Positions 1 to 12,600 are shown, counted from the first letter of the whole stretch. The stretch: 56,948 bases of DNA, filler included, from Sphacelaria rigidula (GCA_964200075.2; 8 parts of 8 records of this genome joined end to end with filler, not necessarily neighbours in it); one strand, 5' to 3'. A program made the numbers and translations. Notes: generated by a model from the letters alone, not told the origin.

Positions 1-925
1 CATCTCGGAGTTAAACCTCAATTCGCACAATTTGTTGTTAAACGTAGTCTGCAGTCGAATAGATGCACACCTACTTTATCACAGATGACTTGTTGACTCT
101 TTTGAGTACTGTGAATAGAGAATAGGTTGAACTGAATTCCTTCCAAAACATACACATCCGTCAGCAGTACACACACTACATCATCAACATGATGGGGGGA
201 GTTGTTCGCACTCTCAACTTGAGACTCCCTACAGCCTTAACCGGTAGCCGTTTACCATCCCCTAGAACAACATTCTCTTCCCCCACTGGTGGTGGACGAG
301 AATCGAAAACGTCCGCCATGTTGCCTGTAATGTGGTGCGTTGTACCTGAGTCTGCAATCCATATTTCTGAATCAAAAAGGGGCGGAGATTTCATCTGATG
401 CGACATCCTACCCTTCATACCGAAATTACCCAGACTAAAGACTGATTTTTCTGGTGCGGCAGAGAGCGCCATGTACACATTACCCCAAGTGTTATCAGCA
501 CGCGGCAGCTCGGCAGTTGAAGTTTAGTGGGGGTTCACCGGATGGGAGTGTTGATCGGAACGCCAGTGGTAGAGTGACGAGTATGATGGTGGTTGTGCAG
601 CGGAGGAACGATCATGGTGGGATTGGTCTGGCGGTTGGTGTTGTGGTGGGTAGCAGGGGAGATGTTCGGTGATGGTGGTAGGTTGCGGCTGCAGTTGATG
701 TAGAAAGGTATGGTATTGGACTGTATGGGCCAAACCGGCATCGTTGAAAGCATCGTCCTCATAGACAAAGTTATCAACGCTCTCATGGTGCTGGTGAGCA
801 GGATCAGTCTGCTGAACGGTGTTGGGTTGTGGTGAGTGTTTGTGGATTTGGTGTTGTGGACGCGGGTAATGGGATTGCTGAGTTAGAGAGCTGCTTGTAG
901 TGATGGTGCCAGAGTAGCAGAACAA
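1..925 (-). mobile_element. Ty1/copia-type LTR retrotransposon fragment: Gln/His/Pro-rich linker plus aspartic protease, frameshifted
   Basis: ORF 176-478 contains WIADSGTTHHITG...VVLGDGKRLPVKAVGSLKL (copia protease DSG motif). It continues after a frameshift as VLLTDVYVLEGIQFNLFSIH. Homologous to 6320-6600. Confidence 0.85.
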
Positions 926-1705
926 TACCTCTGTCCCGTGCGACGGTGGTTGATCTGTCTAGTGAGACAGTACCACACGAGCCAATATTTCCATATTCAT
1001 GCACCTGCACGTGTACTGGAGGTGGACTACTCCACACGCCCTTTGGGACCCTTTTGGTCACCGGTGCTCTGTTGCCTATTACACGCTGAACAACACAATA
1101 TGTGCCAATAGAATACCGATACTTCATATTGGAAGCAGCGCAAGTATTTCCCTCATGATATATATTGCGTTGAGATCTCTTCGGATCTGTTAAAACGACA
1201 TTGCTTATTTCTCGTCTCATGATTGTGTAGTAATGCATGTCAATATATATTGGACATGCACTTGCTCCGGGAACAAACCGCCCAACACATACAGTACATG
1301 CCGGCCGTGTCTGTATTGGAATATCACTATATACTGAGTCGGAGCGATGCAAACAAATTGTTGGGATAATGTATGTTGAACACAAACCATTTATGCTTGG
1401 ATATTGTGTTCACTTTAGGTATGTGTGTGTTGCGCACGCTCATCGCATAGCTGTTGTGCAGCCAATATATATCGGACATGCTCGAGAAGGAATACATTCA
1501 GCGTTTTCGGCATCTGATTAGACATCTTCAACGGCGCTCGCGAACGCAAATGTTCCCACTATACTAACCTTTTATACACTTTCCAAAACACATACTGAAC
1601 CAGCAATGTATGTTGCTGCACCACATATGTGGTGGCGATTGATTCCATCGTGTACTATCTGCCCATTACATATACTCCGGAGAATGACGCGTTGTAGACG
1701 AGAGT

Positions 1706-2068
1706 GCCGGTCGCCCCGGTGGCTCAGTTGGTAAGCTCGTAACCTTCTGGCGGTTGGGTCATGGGTTCGAATCTCGGCGTAATCTGGGATTTTTTCTCAT
1801 GCTCAACAGTGGAGAGCGACTATGTCGTGGGTGCAAAAATTCGACTTTACAATCGACGAGGGGAAGGGAGTGTTGAAACCCTCTCGCGATAAAAAAGAAA
1901 AAGGTAAGCACCACAGAAGGAAGGTGGGGAACTACAACAAGACCAAAAAGAAAAACTCCTGTGTTGACCTTCCTCCCGTGTGACCCCGGCTGATGCGCCC
2001 ACTTACACCGAAAGGAGTAGACCGGCGTCCAGAATAGATGGGACGACAACACACACACAACACACACA
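1706..2068 (+). mobile_element. tRNA-derived SINE, full-length copy 1
   Basis: Pol III A-box TGGCTCAGTTGG (1720-1731), B-box GGTTCGAATC (1764-1773), ~290-bp body and CA-rich tail. Colinear homologs at 17631-18015 and 38155-38356. Confidence 0.85.
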
Positions 2069-2439
2069 TTGACGTACGACATATTGGGGCGGCAATATAT
2101 ATTGCAGCTGCGGGTGTTGGGTATATTGAATCGTCGGTATACCTTGACCTCGTGTGGCAGCTAATATATTACTCGACCAATACATGTTGTCGCCTTACCG
2201 CACCCAGATACTACTCGGCCAATATATATTGAGATGGTGCATGTATGTCGTGATATATTGCTCTGTCGATGCATATGCGTCGCGAACCTTGACGCATTGA
2301 TGATACAATGCATATTGACCTGTCTGTAGTGCCATCATATTGCTCGACCAGCATATATATTGAACACGGAACGCGTCGACACATAAAGCTGGCAATATAT
2401 ATATATATATATTACATTTTGTTTTGTCCAGGGTGTGCA

Positions 2440-4000
2440 ACCCTTGTTGTCTGGTGCGCTATAAAAATCTCACATAGGTAGTGGTCGTCAGTCTCAAGCT
2501 ACATGGTGACAACCCGTACCCTTGTTCACCGTAGCAATCGCCATACTCTGTACTTCTCCCTACTGGTTCCTCTCGGCGATAATCCGCATGTAGATTGCCA
2601 ACACCTACGAGGTGTCGAGCTCGCAGTACCTTGCAATGCCAATCAATCAATCCCCTAGAGGGACTTCAGCCGCGGCACTTCCTGCGTTTTGTTCGACACC
2701 AACCAGAAGAGAGGTCGCTTAACCATGAAACATCAAACACTTTTGTATACGAATTGTGCCATACACTCAGACAAGTGAAGCAACTTTTGAGTCAATGATG
2801 ATCAAAACGCAACATACTCGCGAGAAAGGCGGACGAGTCAGCTGTCAGCTTGTTGGTTGCAGTGCCCATTTGCTCCCTACCGCGCCCTACCGCGCCCACA
2901 CGGCGGCCATGCTATTTTTAATCTCACCTGACCGTAATTCCCACTGATTTGCTTTCTGAATATGTCTCCGGATCGTATATGGATCACTAAAGATCCGGAA
3001 CCAGCTCGTTCCTCGCTCTCCTTCTTCGGATCTTGTTTCGGGCAGGCTCGGTCTTTATCTACAAGACTCCCTAAATAAGCCGCCTCGCATCCCCGGAGCT
3101 TCACCTTATTCATGCACCCCAGCAGCTCCTGGTGGACATCTGTTCAATATGAGTAGCCATTACAAGAGATACATCGAGGAAGATATTTGAGAATGACCGG
3201 GTGGACCCGTATTGCATCGACCCGTTTGCCTCCACCTCTCCGTTCCTGCTGTTACATACTCCAGCTACAGTGTACACGACTTCCGAGTGACACGTTTCAG
3301 GGATCCAAAAAGCTACCATTCGGTGGTAACATTATTCTTGGAGGCGTGTGTAACATACAGCGTGTGTCGGTTCAATACTGTAAAAGGCGGGATGGTATGA
3401 AGACCAGCAAACACACATTTTTCCGGGTGGTACTCACGATAGGCGGTGGAACACTACGTTCGAGTAGTGAAGGCCGTCTTCGGTGGTGAATAGCTCGAAC
3501 TGGTGTTCTGGGACGCCCTCGCAACCTATTGTAGCACTTAGGTTTCAAGGCTGGCCGTGCCACTTTGAGGAAAAGCGGGATCCCAAAAGCGTTGCGGTTC
3601 AAGAATAACGCTGCTCTGACAACACCGGGAACGAAGTGCAACTTCACCACCGTCCACGTTCATCTGCGACGGTGACCTGATTTGCTTTACAAGGCACTTC
3701 ACTTCGACATTTCAGTGAGGACACTTTCTACGATGGCCCTAATCGAATATACTCACACTCAATGATGGATGCATGTAAACAGGCCTGGATGCATGGGAAA
3801 TGGATATTGTGATTGAATTATGACATATGGGTGAAGGGCAGATAAGAGATTCAGTTCTGCTATTAAGGGTGTACCCGATAATATTTGGTTGCAGCAAAAA
3901 TCTGCTGAAAGCCACACGCCTAATCGCGTGGCCAAGGAATCAGGCTCTGACGTGATATTTTTGTATGAGTGTTGTTATCATGAACAGTGCCCCCCTTTGG
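2440..4000 (-). pseudogene. Possible highly decayed copia RT/RNase H relic
   Basis: Scattered minus-strand peptides in RT-to-RNaseH order: ACGFQQ (cf. AKGFxQ), ACLHASIIECEYIR (cf. AFLHAxLEEEVY), GSLV..RSGDI (cf. GSLMY..RPDI), GLIDWHCK (cf. GxIxWxSK), DNKGC (cf. DNQGA). Many stops and frameshifts; matches are weak. Confidence 0.35.
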
Positions 4001-4203
4001 TTCAGTGCACTTTTGTGGGTTTTTACGTTCTGGGTGGAGAGGATAATATACATTTATCAACAAGGGGATCAATTCAACAACAGAGGTCCCACGACATTTT
4101 CTTTCACATAGACCCCAGCGCCGAGTAGGAGATTCAGCCCATACGCTAGCGATCAGGCTACACTCCGCACAGGCAACCTCAGGGTTTATTCAGCCATAAA
4201 AAA

Positions 4204-7031
4204 TGGACTCCGAAAATCAAGTAGACAACATCATCATCAAGATTTAAGACGCCGACCCAGACGCGGCAAGGAAGATACTATCGGAGTACGTGCAGGAGCA
4301 AGAGAAACAGATACAAGACCTGCAACAACAAAGTCAAGCACAGGAAGAGGATCCAAGCCTGGGAGCGCGCGCGTCAGCAACAAGAAGAGCTACGCCCCCC
4401 CAGCGGCGCATCCGACCTACGACAACAACAGCAGCATTTCAAGACGCACGCTCGCACACCCAGGACCAAGCCCAGATGGTACAGTCTGGCATATTTAGGG
4501 TACGTTCACACAACAGTATTGCAGCGTGGGATGGTACGGCAAAGAGTGGTGAGGAAGTAAGAGAGAAGTTTATGGTTTTAAAGCTACAGATGACAACGTA
4601 CTTTAATCAACACTTCTGCGGAGAGGCTCTTCACACAACTTTCCCAATTAGGGTACATTTTGATAATGAGCGGGGTTTGATCGAAACGTTCCGGAACGAG
4701 CTGGTAGGGAAGGCCGGTAGAGCATGAAGTATACTAGTCGAAAACATTACATACGCGCCGCTTGATCAACAACTTGTAAGACTGGGAAACCCCAGCGAGG
4801 GATGGAGGTACATTGTAGACTACTACACCGTTTCTCCAACCACAGAGAAGGCACAGTTGGATCATCAATGGCAGGCCCTCGATATAAACTTGGGAGAGGA
4901 CCCCCGCATGTTTCTAGATAGAGCGAAATTGATACGGTACAATCGTGCTAAGCTTAGAGTCGCGATATCAGATGCAGACGCAAACCGGTATTACATACGC
5001 CGCTTGTCAAGTTACTTCGAAATCGTCCGTGGTGTCTTGCTTACAATGGATCAAGTAACAACAGATACCCTGGAGCGCAAGGTGATGGCGGCGCATGGAG
5101 AAATGGAACAGGCCAGGAGCAGGGCAGGCAGGAATCGGGATGGGGATCAGGGCCACGCGCTGGTCGCTGCCACTGGGGGTGGTAGAGGTGGGGACGTGCT
5201 GCAAAATGGACGACAACAGGGTGGTGAGAGACGTCGGCAGCAGGGTGATGTTTTTTGCCATTTTCACAATACGACCCATCATGACGATTCAGAATGCAAC
5301 GCACAACGATACATGCACGCAAAACAAAGTCGCGGTGATCGGGGTGCGTGGAATGGTGTTCGCCAGCAGCAATACCATAGTGCAGACAGTTTTGGAGGTC
5401 GTGGGGGTAGTGGACGCGGTAGGATGCACACCCAATCATCGCAGCTCACTCAGCAACAACAATAGAAGCACCAGCGCCAGCAACCCCAGCAACAGCAGCA
5501 GTAAGCGAGACGTGGAGGACGGGGTGCAGGGCGTGGATTTGGTCACAGGTACGGTGCTTCGGGGCGCGGGGGCGGGAATGTCCACCCCGGCAGCCAACTA
5601 CCGCACTATGACCCGCCGCAAGGTGGGTATGACTATTCAGGTTATCCTGATGGTTTCTATCGCCCCGTGGGCAGCGAATCCCCAATTCACCACGCCGACC
5701 CCCGTAAACGATGCACCACATGCGACGAACTGGGCCACATTCATACGATTTCCCGTGGCGTAGAGTAGTGGGGCCGTAAGCTGATTCGGGGGTACATCAT
5801 GTGAATCCTACCCAGAATCAACATCGTCACGGAGGACACCAGCCCCTCCCTGGACCCATTCCCATGGACCGGTCAACACCGTGCAACTTTACGGTGACCA
5901 AGGGGGCTACGAAGAGAACGGTCAAGTCGGACAACAATGGAACGCAACGGAAGAAGACAGGTGGGTGTTGGGAGATAGCAGCGACTTCAGCGGTGCAGGT
6001 TCTGCGCACTGTATCCAGTTTCCCCGCAATCTCCCGCAATCCTCCGCAGCTACCACCAACAACCAGATCCAGTCATCACCGCAGCAAGGTGAACTTCAAC
6101 TGCAACGCCCTCACCAACTACAGCAGCAACAACAACCTCATCATGCCCAACCCGGTTTCAATCTGCCTTCCTCCGGCTCAGCTTCATCCTCTGCGCCGCT
6201 TCACCTGTGCATGGCACACTCTGTGTCCCAAGGCGAGTCACGTTTTGAGTTGGGTGATTTATTTTGGGGGTTGCTTTGCTTAACTAGAGTGGGTCGGGGT
6301 TTGACGGGGATGATGGTACAGAGGAGTGGATACGTGATAATGGTGCTTCACACCATACCATTGGTTCAATGGCTGGTATGTTTGATTTACGCCCGCCCCC
6401 GAAAGAAAATGAACACGTGATCGTGGGGAACGGGATAATTCTACCTGTCAGGGCAGTAGGGAGTTTGAAGCTCAAATTTCACATGGGAAATTCCACCGCC
6501 CCAAAATCCGTCGGTGCGTCCTCAGAATTTTGCGTGTAGCTGACTGATGTTTACGTTCTTGAAGGTATACATTTCAACCTTTTTTCTCTGCACCAAGTGC
6601 AGAAGAAGCAGGATGCATGTTTGACTGAAACAGGAGTACACATGTCTTACGGTCGGCTTCGCTTCGATCGCAATGAGCGGTCTTCATCACAAAGGGCCAC
6701 TCGTTTACCGTCAACATACGAAACCCCCCACTTGCCGTGCTAGCTGTAGGTGTTACTGCCCCTCCCCCAAGCGTTGAATTCCAGTCCGCTTCACCCGCAA
6801 GCGTTGTCACTGCCCCTCCCCCAAGCGTTCGTGTCCAGTCCGTTCCTCCGGTGAACGTGGTAACTTCGAGTGTTCGCACCAGTCCGTTCCTCCGGCGAAC
6901 GTGGTAACTTCAAGTGTTGGTGTCCAGTCCGCTTCACGCGCAAGCGTTGTAACTGCCCCTCCCCCAAGCGTTTGTGTCCAGTCCGTTCCTCCGGCGAACG
7001 TTGTAACTTCAAGTGTTGGTTTCAAGTTCAC
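4204..7031 (+). mobile_element. Ty1/copia-type LTR retrotransposon gag-protease region, degenerate and cut by the contig end
   Basis: Helical gag-like ORF pieces 4290-4727 and 4857-5465. Zinc knuckles CHFHNTTHHDDSEC (5256-5297) and CTTCDELGHIHTIS (5712-5753). Protease WIRDNGASHHTIG...VIVGNGIILPVRAVGSLKL...LTDVYVLEGIHFNLFS (6327-6590). Internal stops and frameshifts. Confidence 0.85.
6750..7025 (+). repeat. Compound tandem repeat of 54-bp (A) and ~45-bp (B) modules, order A-B-B-A-B, after the copia protease
   Basis: A = ccagtccgcttcacccgcaagcgttgtcactgcccctcccccaagcgttcgtgt; B = ccagtccgttcctccggcgaacgtggtaacttcaagtgttggtgt. Translates as VQSASRASVVTAPPPSV / VQSVPPANVVTSSVG. Confidence 0.9.
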
Positions 7032-7131
7032 NNNNNNNNNNNNNNNNNNNNNNNNNNNNNNNNNNNNNNNNNNNNTTAATTAATTAANNNNNNNNNNNNN
7101 NNNNNNNNNNNNNNNNNNNNNNNNNNNNNNN
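7032..7131. other. Artificial contig linker (44 N + TTAATTAATTAA + 44 N). Identical linkers at 14163-14262, 21294-21393, 28425-28524, 35556-35655, 42687-42786 and 49818-49917
   Basis: Same 100-bp spacer every 7,131 bp; TTAATTAATTAA gives stops in all six frames; 8x7031 + 7x100 = 56,948. Confidence 0.99.
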
Positions 7132-7547
7132 GTTCTGTTGCCTCCTGGCCGCTCAGCTCTACTACTTTTGGTAGCCAGCTGTCCGGCTGTTCCTAGGTGC
7201 ACAGGTAGCAGCACGTGCCTAAGCTTTTTCTTCTTCACGTGTTTTTCTTCTGTTTTTTTCCCCATGTTTTTTGCATGTAGTGGAGTTCATTCGGGTTCCA
7301 GCAACCCTCGATTTCGCACGGATTTTGAAGGCAAATAAAGCCAAATGGCCCAAATTTTCTGCCTCCGGCGGCACTTCCAGCGAGGCCCCCTCACCAGCCG
7401 GGGGGGGGGGGGGGAGGGGGGCTCGCTTCGCTCGCCGATCACGGCTCGCTGCGGTCGCCCGATTGAATCGGTATATCGGCTGCGCCGATATCCGATGTTT
7501 TAAAGATCGGGGAAGGTAGCCGATTCATTATCCTAGGTATATAGGTT

Positions 7548-7800
7548 TCCCACCTTCCATTCATACGGGATGAATCACGGGTACAAGTTGCTCACCTTTC
7601 ACCCATGCAGCATGAATCACAGATGAATGTTCCTCGCCTTCCATTAATACAAGGTGAATCAAGCGTACATGTTTCTCGATTTCCATTCATGCAGCATGAA
7701 TCCTACGGACATTTTGCCCACTCTCCATCCATGCAGCATGAATCATACGCACATATTTCCCACCTTCCATTCGTAAAAGATTAATCAAGTTTACATGTTC
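7548..7800. repeat. Degenerate 42-bp minisatellite, about 6 units
   Basis: GAATC/TAATC recurs at 7572, 7614, 7656, 7698, 7740 and 7782 (exact 42-bp period). Units carry a variant of the near-palindrome ATTCATGC-A-GCATGAAT. Confidence 0.9.
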
Positions 7801-10069
7801 ACCAGTGATGCGTACAGGAACTGTGACTCGTAAATATTTTGCACCCTACATTCGTGTGACACTACTTGTTGCCTACAAATTTCCAGTTTGTGATTGGTGC
7901 CATACAACTCAGCATACAGCTTCACCATCCGTAATTCACACAGGATGACTATTTCGCTTCAATACTGCCAGTTATTTGTTCCATGTACGGTGTTCCTGCT
8001 TGCGCATTCAAGGCGCGAAAACAGTGCCAATGGGGTAGCCACCAGGGGGCGAAAGTTCTTACATGCGGTCGACTACAGAGTGTTATCAAAACATGGCCGA
8101 GGATCAGATAGAGGTAAACCTTTTCACCGCCCACCTCCGTACCCGTACATGCACCTTTTTGTCACCCCGTACGTGTTCCGTTGAAGAGCACAAGCTAGAT
8201 TCCCGCGTCTAGGATGCGCCCGGCGAACAACGGGTCGAAGGGTGGTGACAACATGATATAGAAAGAAAAGCACTGGTTTTCATTTGCTTTTTTGCGCGAA
8301 GCAAGCGTTGGGAGGGGGTGAGGGTTCGCAGTATCAGATTTCGACTTGGTGTAAATTTTTCACCAGTCCCTGCCCAAATCACTTCAGAAGCCTTCGAAAC
8401 GGACCTCGCCTTCCACGTTCGGACACCTTCAAGGATACTTTGCTTCATCTACCCCGCACGAGCAGGAGGGAGCGTTAGCCCGCCTTCGGTAAAGCCCATT
8501 GTATTAGGTACAGGGATATATTCCGACATTTTTCGTCCATGGACTCTCAAGTATCATATCACATCATATCAAAATCACCTGATATACTGTCGACACCATG
8601 TGATACCCAACATGAAATATTGCTCATTGGTGATACTTGAGGACGCGATGGCAGAACAAACATGATATTATGGCACAACATACATGATATTATGGCATAC
8701 ATATTCAAGTATGGCTTTTGTTTTGTGTCAACGTGATACTCATCTCTACGCGAGGAAGCAACTCTCTGCACCGCCGACGAGATTCAATATGATGCTTGGT
8801 GATCCTCAGAGAGCTACGGGAGTACAGCACTCGTGCATTCCGTACTGACAGGAGAGGCAACCTCATGGCGACTGACTCTTCTGAACCGTACTGCAATGTG
8901 CGGTACTTGCTTTGTATCGATCTGCGCTGCTATCCTACTACACTGTGTGGCTCTCTCGGGAATGAGTGAAAGTGCGACAATCGATCAAATGAATTATCAC
9001 GTGTGGCACTATATTTCATGTTATGCGGCAGGCAGCGGGACGTTGTGTATAGTATAATCTGATGTTCGGGGATAGATCGAAGCGGGAGTAGAGCAACCCG
9101 CACGTGTTGAGAGAGGAGATAACATCATGGCGATTGACTGCACTGTACCGTACCGCGTGTTTCATATCTCGTCTATATCTGTACTGTCATACTTTTCACT
9201 GTACAGCAACCCCACCCTGTCAGGCAGCAGCGAGCAGATGGCAGATGTTTGGTATTCCATCTGCCCACAGTTTCCAATACTTGTATTGAGCTCTCGGCAG
9301 GACTTGGTTGAACCCTGGGACGGCGAACCCCCCTCATATGGACTCAGATGGACTATGCTACAATTGGGGTTCAGAACAGCTCTGTTTTCGCTACACAGAA
9401 CGACGTCCTTCATTCGCACGTGAATGTTGGGCGTCTACAGAAAAAATAGTCCTGGAGAACCCCTGACCTGTCTTGGCCCTGCAGTCAATTGCGTGCGCGA
9501 TCAGTATGAGTGCTGCATGTCTTCGCTGGATACAACAACAAGGAGCAGTCAGCGTGCGATCGCCACCAATCGAGCACAGTCGACTGCACACCGCTGACTT
9601 TTCTGCATGGTGTGCCCCAACAACACCACAGACAGTGAAAGTGTTGGCAACACAAGGGGGGTCCGGCAGGCGGCAAAGACCACGACCAGAGCAAAATTAA
9701 CGTTATTCGTGCCCAAGTGATCTGTAGTTGAAATTGCATGTATAAAAGAAGAAATATGGCTGGACAGCGAGGTACTTCATCTGCAGGGGAGCAAAGTGCA
9801 ATTTTCATGACCGTGATTGGACAAAATGGTCACCTCGCTCCTCCCGGGCCTCGCCCCTTGCTTATAACCTCCCGGGAAAAATTGCCGAGCACACATGACT
9901 GACATGATGAGCTATCGGCTGGTCGGCGAACAGGCTCCCCCCTGCCCCGCCAACCTCCCCCGCCCCACGGAGGGGGGGGAGGAAAAGGGNNNNNNNNNNC
10001 CGCCCACAAAGGCCCCCCGCGGGCGGCCGCACCGGCACCCCCCCCCCCCCCCCCCCCCCCCCCGCCCCC

Positions 10070-12600
10070 TGGGGACGAGGAAGTAAAAGGGGCTAAAAGA
10101 ATAAGGAGAGAGGTCCACGCGAGATGCATATCGAGTAGAACTACGGTAGGATGGGAGGAGTATGCTGAAGCTCGGGAAGTAAAACAGATGATAAACAAGG
10201 AACATAAGGATAAACAATAAACATAAGGGGGTATAGGAAGATGTAGTGAAAAACACAAATGAAGATTTCGATGGCAAAATGAAAAAAATGTGGGTAGGGA
10301 TAAATGGGATAACGGAAAACCAGGCAGGAAAGATGGACGAGGGGATAACCACACTCTGGGCACAGCAAGGTAAAATGGTCAGTAGTTCGGGGGCGAAGAG
10401 AGAAGTGCTAGTCGAGCACTACCGTAAACTAGGAACGCTAGAAACTAACACGGAGTTCGATATGGAATTCTAAGAAGAAATCAACGCGTGAGCAGAGGCA
10501 AATGTAGAGACGTCAAAAAGGGAGGATAGAGGCTCGAATGAAGTACACAGAGAGTTGACCGGACATGAAGTGTAGAGAAGTGCGTAGCTGAACTCAAAAA
10601 CACAAAGGCAGCAAGGGCAGACGAAATAATGAATACATTTCTGAAGTACGAGGGAGAGGAAATTAATACCATGATGGCTATGCTGTATAACTGTATTTGG
10701 GAAAACAAGTACACACCCAAGAAGCGGAGAGGAGGAGTAGTCGTCAATCTTTTCAAAAAGAAACAAGGGTGATCCAGGAAATCATAGAGGGATAACGCTA
10801 CTGAGCACGGTGGGGAAAACATCATGTAAGATTCTGAACGATAGAGTAGGAACGATGCTAGAAATAGAGGAGAAAATCAGCGAGGGGCAAGCGGGATTTA
10901 GACCAAACCGGGTAGCTGTGTAGACCATGTGTACACACTAAGTAAGATTATTCAGGGTAGGAAAGACACCGGGTTGACAACGTACTGTGTTTTTCTGGAC
11001 GTGCAAACGGCTCATGGCATAGTGGTATGGAGAAATTGGATCGGAGGAAAGATTTGGAGAATGGGGAAGAAGATGGCAATGTGCCAAAAATGCCATGATG
11101 CTAGACGGGGTAATATCGAAATATTTTTATATTTTACAAGGAGTTGCACAAGAATCCATATTATCATCCACTCTGTTCAAGGTGTTCATTCATGACCTGA
11201 TTATATAGAAGCAGAAGAGCAAGGAGTCAAGGTGGGTGAGGATATGGTATCAGGATTGATGTTCGCGGGTGATTTTGTCAGGATTTTAGGAACAGCAGAA
11301 GGATTACAGGAACAGATAGACAAGGCGCTAGAATAAACTGGGCAATGGGGAGTCACAGCAAGCGTCCACACATGTGCGATAATCGTCTGCAACAAAAATG
11401 AGAGAAATCCGGTAGAGTTCACATGGAAGTGAGGAGAAGAGGGACTGGCGATCTTAGACTAGTATACACACCTTGGCGTGGAGATCTCAAAAAACTGTTC
11501 TTGGGATGCAAACATAAACAAAGTAATAGAAACGGGTGAGACACATTTAGGCAGGATGGACGTGATCCTCAGAGACTCACACCTTGACACTAGGATTGAG
11601 ATATTTACCCCGCTGAACGTGATCGTACCAAAGCTGGAATATGCAGGAGAAGTATGGGAGGGGACCGTAAGTTGGTGAAGAAGTTGGAAACAGTACAGAT
11701 GGCAGCAGCTAAGGAAATACTTGGATGCTCGAAAACGACTGGTAATACAGCAATGAGAGTAGAGTTGGGAATGTACCCACTTTTAACAGAGACATGATAA
11801 AATTACGATGGCAATATAGCCTAAAAACATGCAGAGAAAGAGATCTTCAGCTTCAGTTGATAAGGCTGCCTTAAATAAATTATGAAAGGGAAGGCTGGAG
11901 TAAGGTGGGATAGAGAAGTCGAGAAAGTATGCAAGGAGTTGGGAGGAAACCAAGACAAAATTCGTCTATAGGTGGAGGCGGGGGATATGAGAAAAAAGTA
12001 AGAGACATGATAGAAATCAGGGGGAAACAAGCGCTTCGACGCAGAGTGGACGAGCAACAACACCTGGAGATATACGGGGGATTGACAGAGGGGATATGGA
12101 TGGAACCATATTTGCATGGCCTAATGGACGCGGCGAAAATATTGAAACTGCGATTTCGAGTGGGGGACTTGGACCTGCCAGCAAGAAGAAGGCGATCTAC
12201 TAGTCGTCGTAGGGAGGAGGAAGTAGACGCACAGAATTGCCCCTGTGGCAAAGTAATAGAGAGCAGAAGTCATATAGTGACAGAATGTCAACTATTCAAG
12301 GAGGGATGGAACGTGCTAGATAGGTGAATGCGGGATGTGAACGAAGGTGACGTGAAATCGTTTGATGCATTAGACAGTAGGGAGAAAACGCTCGCTATTC
12401 TAGAGATAGAAGGTGGCTACAGACGGCGAAACAGGACGGGGATGACATATGTAAAAGGCTTTGTGTGATGTGTGGAAGAAACGTAATGGACGACTAAATA
12501 TTGGAGGTGTCTCCATTAGGAGTAGGAACAGTGCTCCGTCTCGAAAGGGATGCGTGGTCAAAGATCAAACGACTAAGGCAAGCAACAAATGAGTATGTCC
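10070..12600 (+). mobile_element. Non-LTR retrotransposon (LINE) ORF2 relic: RT domain plus C-terminal Cys/His motif, multiply frameshifted
   Basis: Motifs in order: KAARADEIMNTFLK, DPGNHRGITLLSTVGK, ISEGQAGFRPNR, DHVYTL, VFLDVQTA, QGVAQESILSSTLF, LMFAGD (decayed FADD), YTHLGVEI, PKLEYAGEVW, CPCGKVIESRSHIVTEC. Purine-rich sense strand. Confidence 0.93.

Noticed and set aside
1713..1785. Functional tRNA gene (also 17638-17710 and 56885-56948)
   Set aside because: The acceptor stem does not close properly and there is no immediate terminator. The first two heads continue into a shared body and tail, as SINEs do.
7076..7087. TTAATTAATTAA as a biological motif, and ORFs containing X runs
   Set aside because: Six-frame stop linker and N padding.
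7548..7800. CRISPR-like array (palindromic repeat with fixed period)
   Set aside because: Whole units are homologous and degenerate; there is no invariant repeat with unique spacers, no cas genes, and the context is eukaryotic.
9960..10070. Pro/Gly-rich ORFs over long C/G homopolymers (also 32306-32460, 42630-42686, 56072-56096)
   Set aside because: Homopolymer tracts, mostly next to 10-N gaps or contig ends, where sequence quality is doubtful; no coding context.
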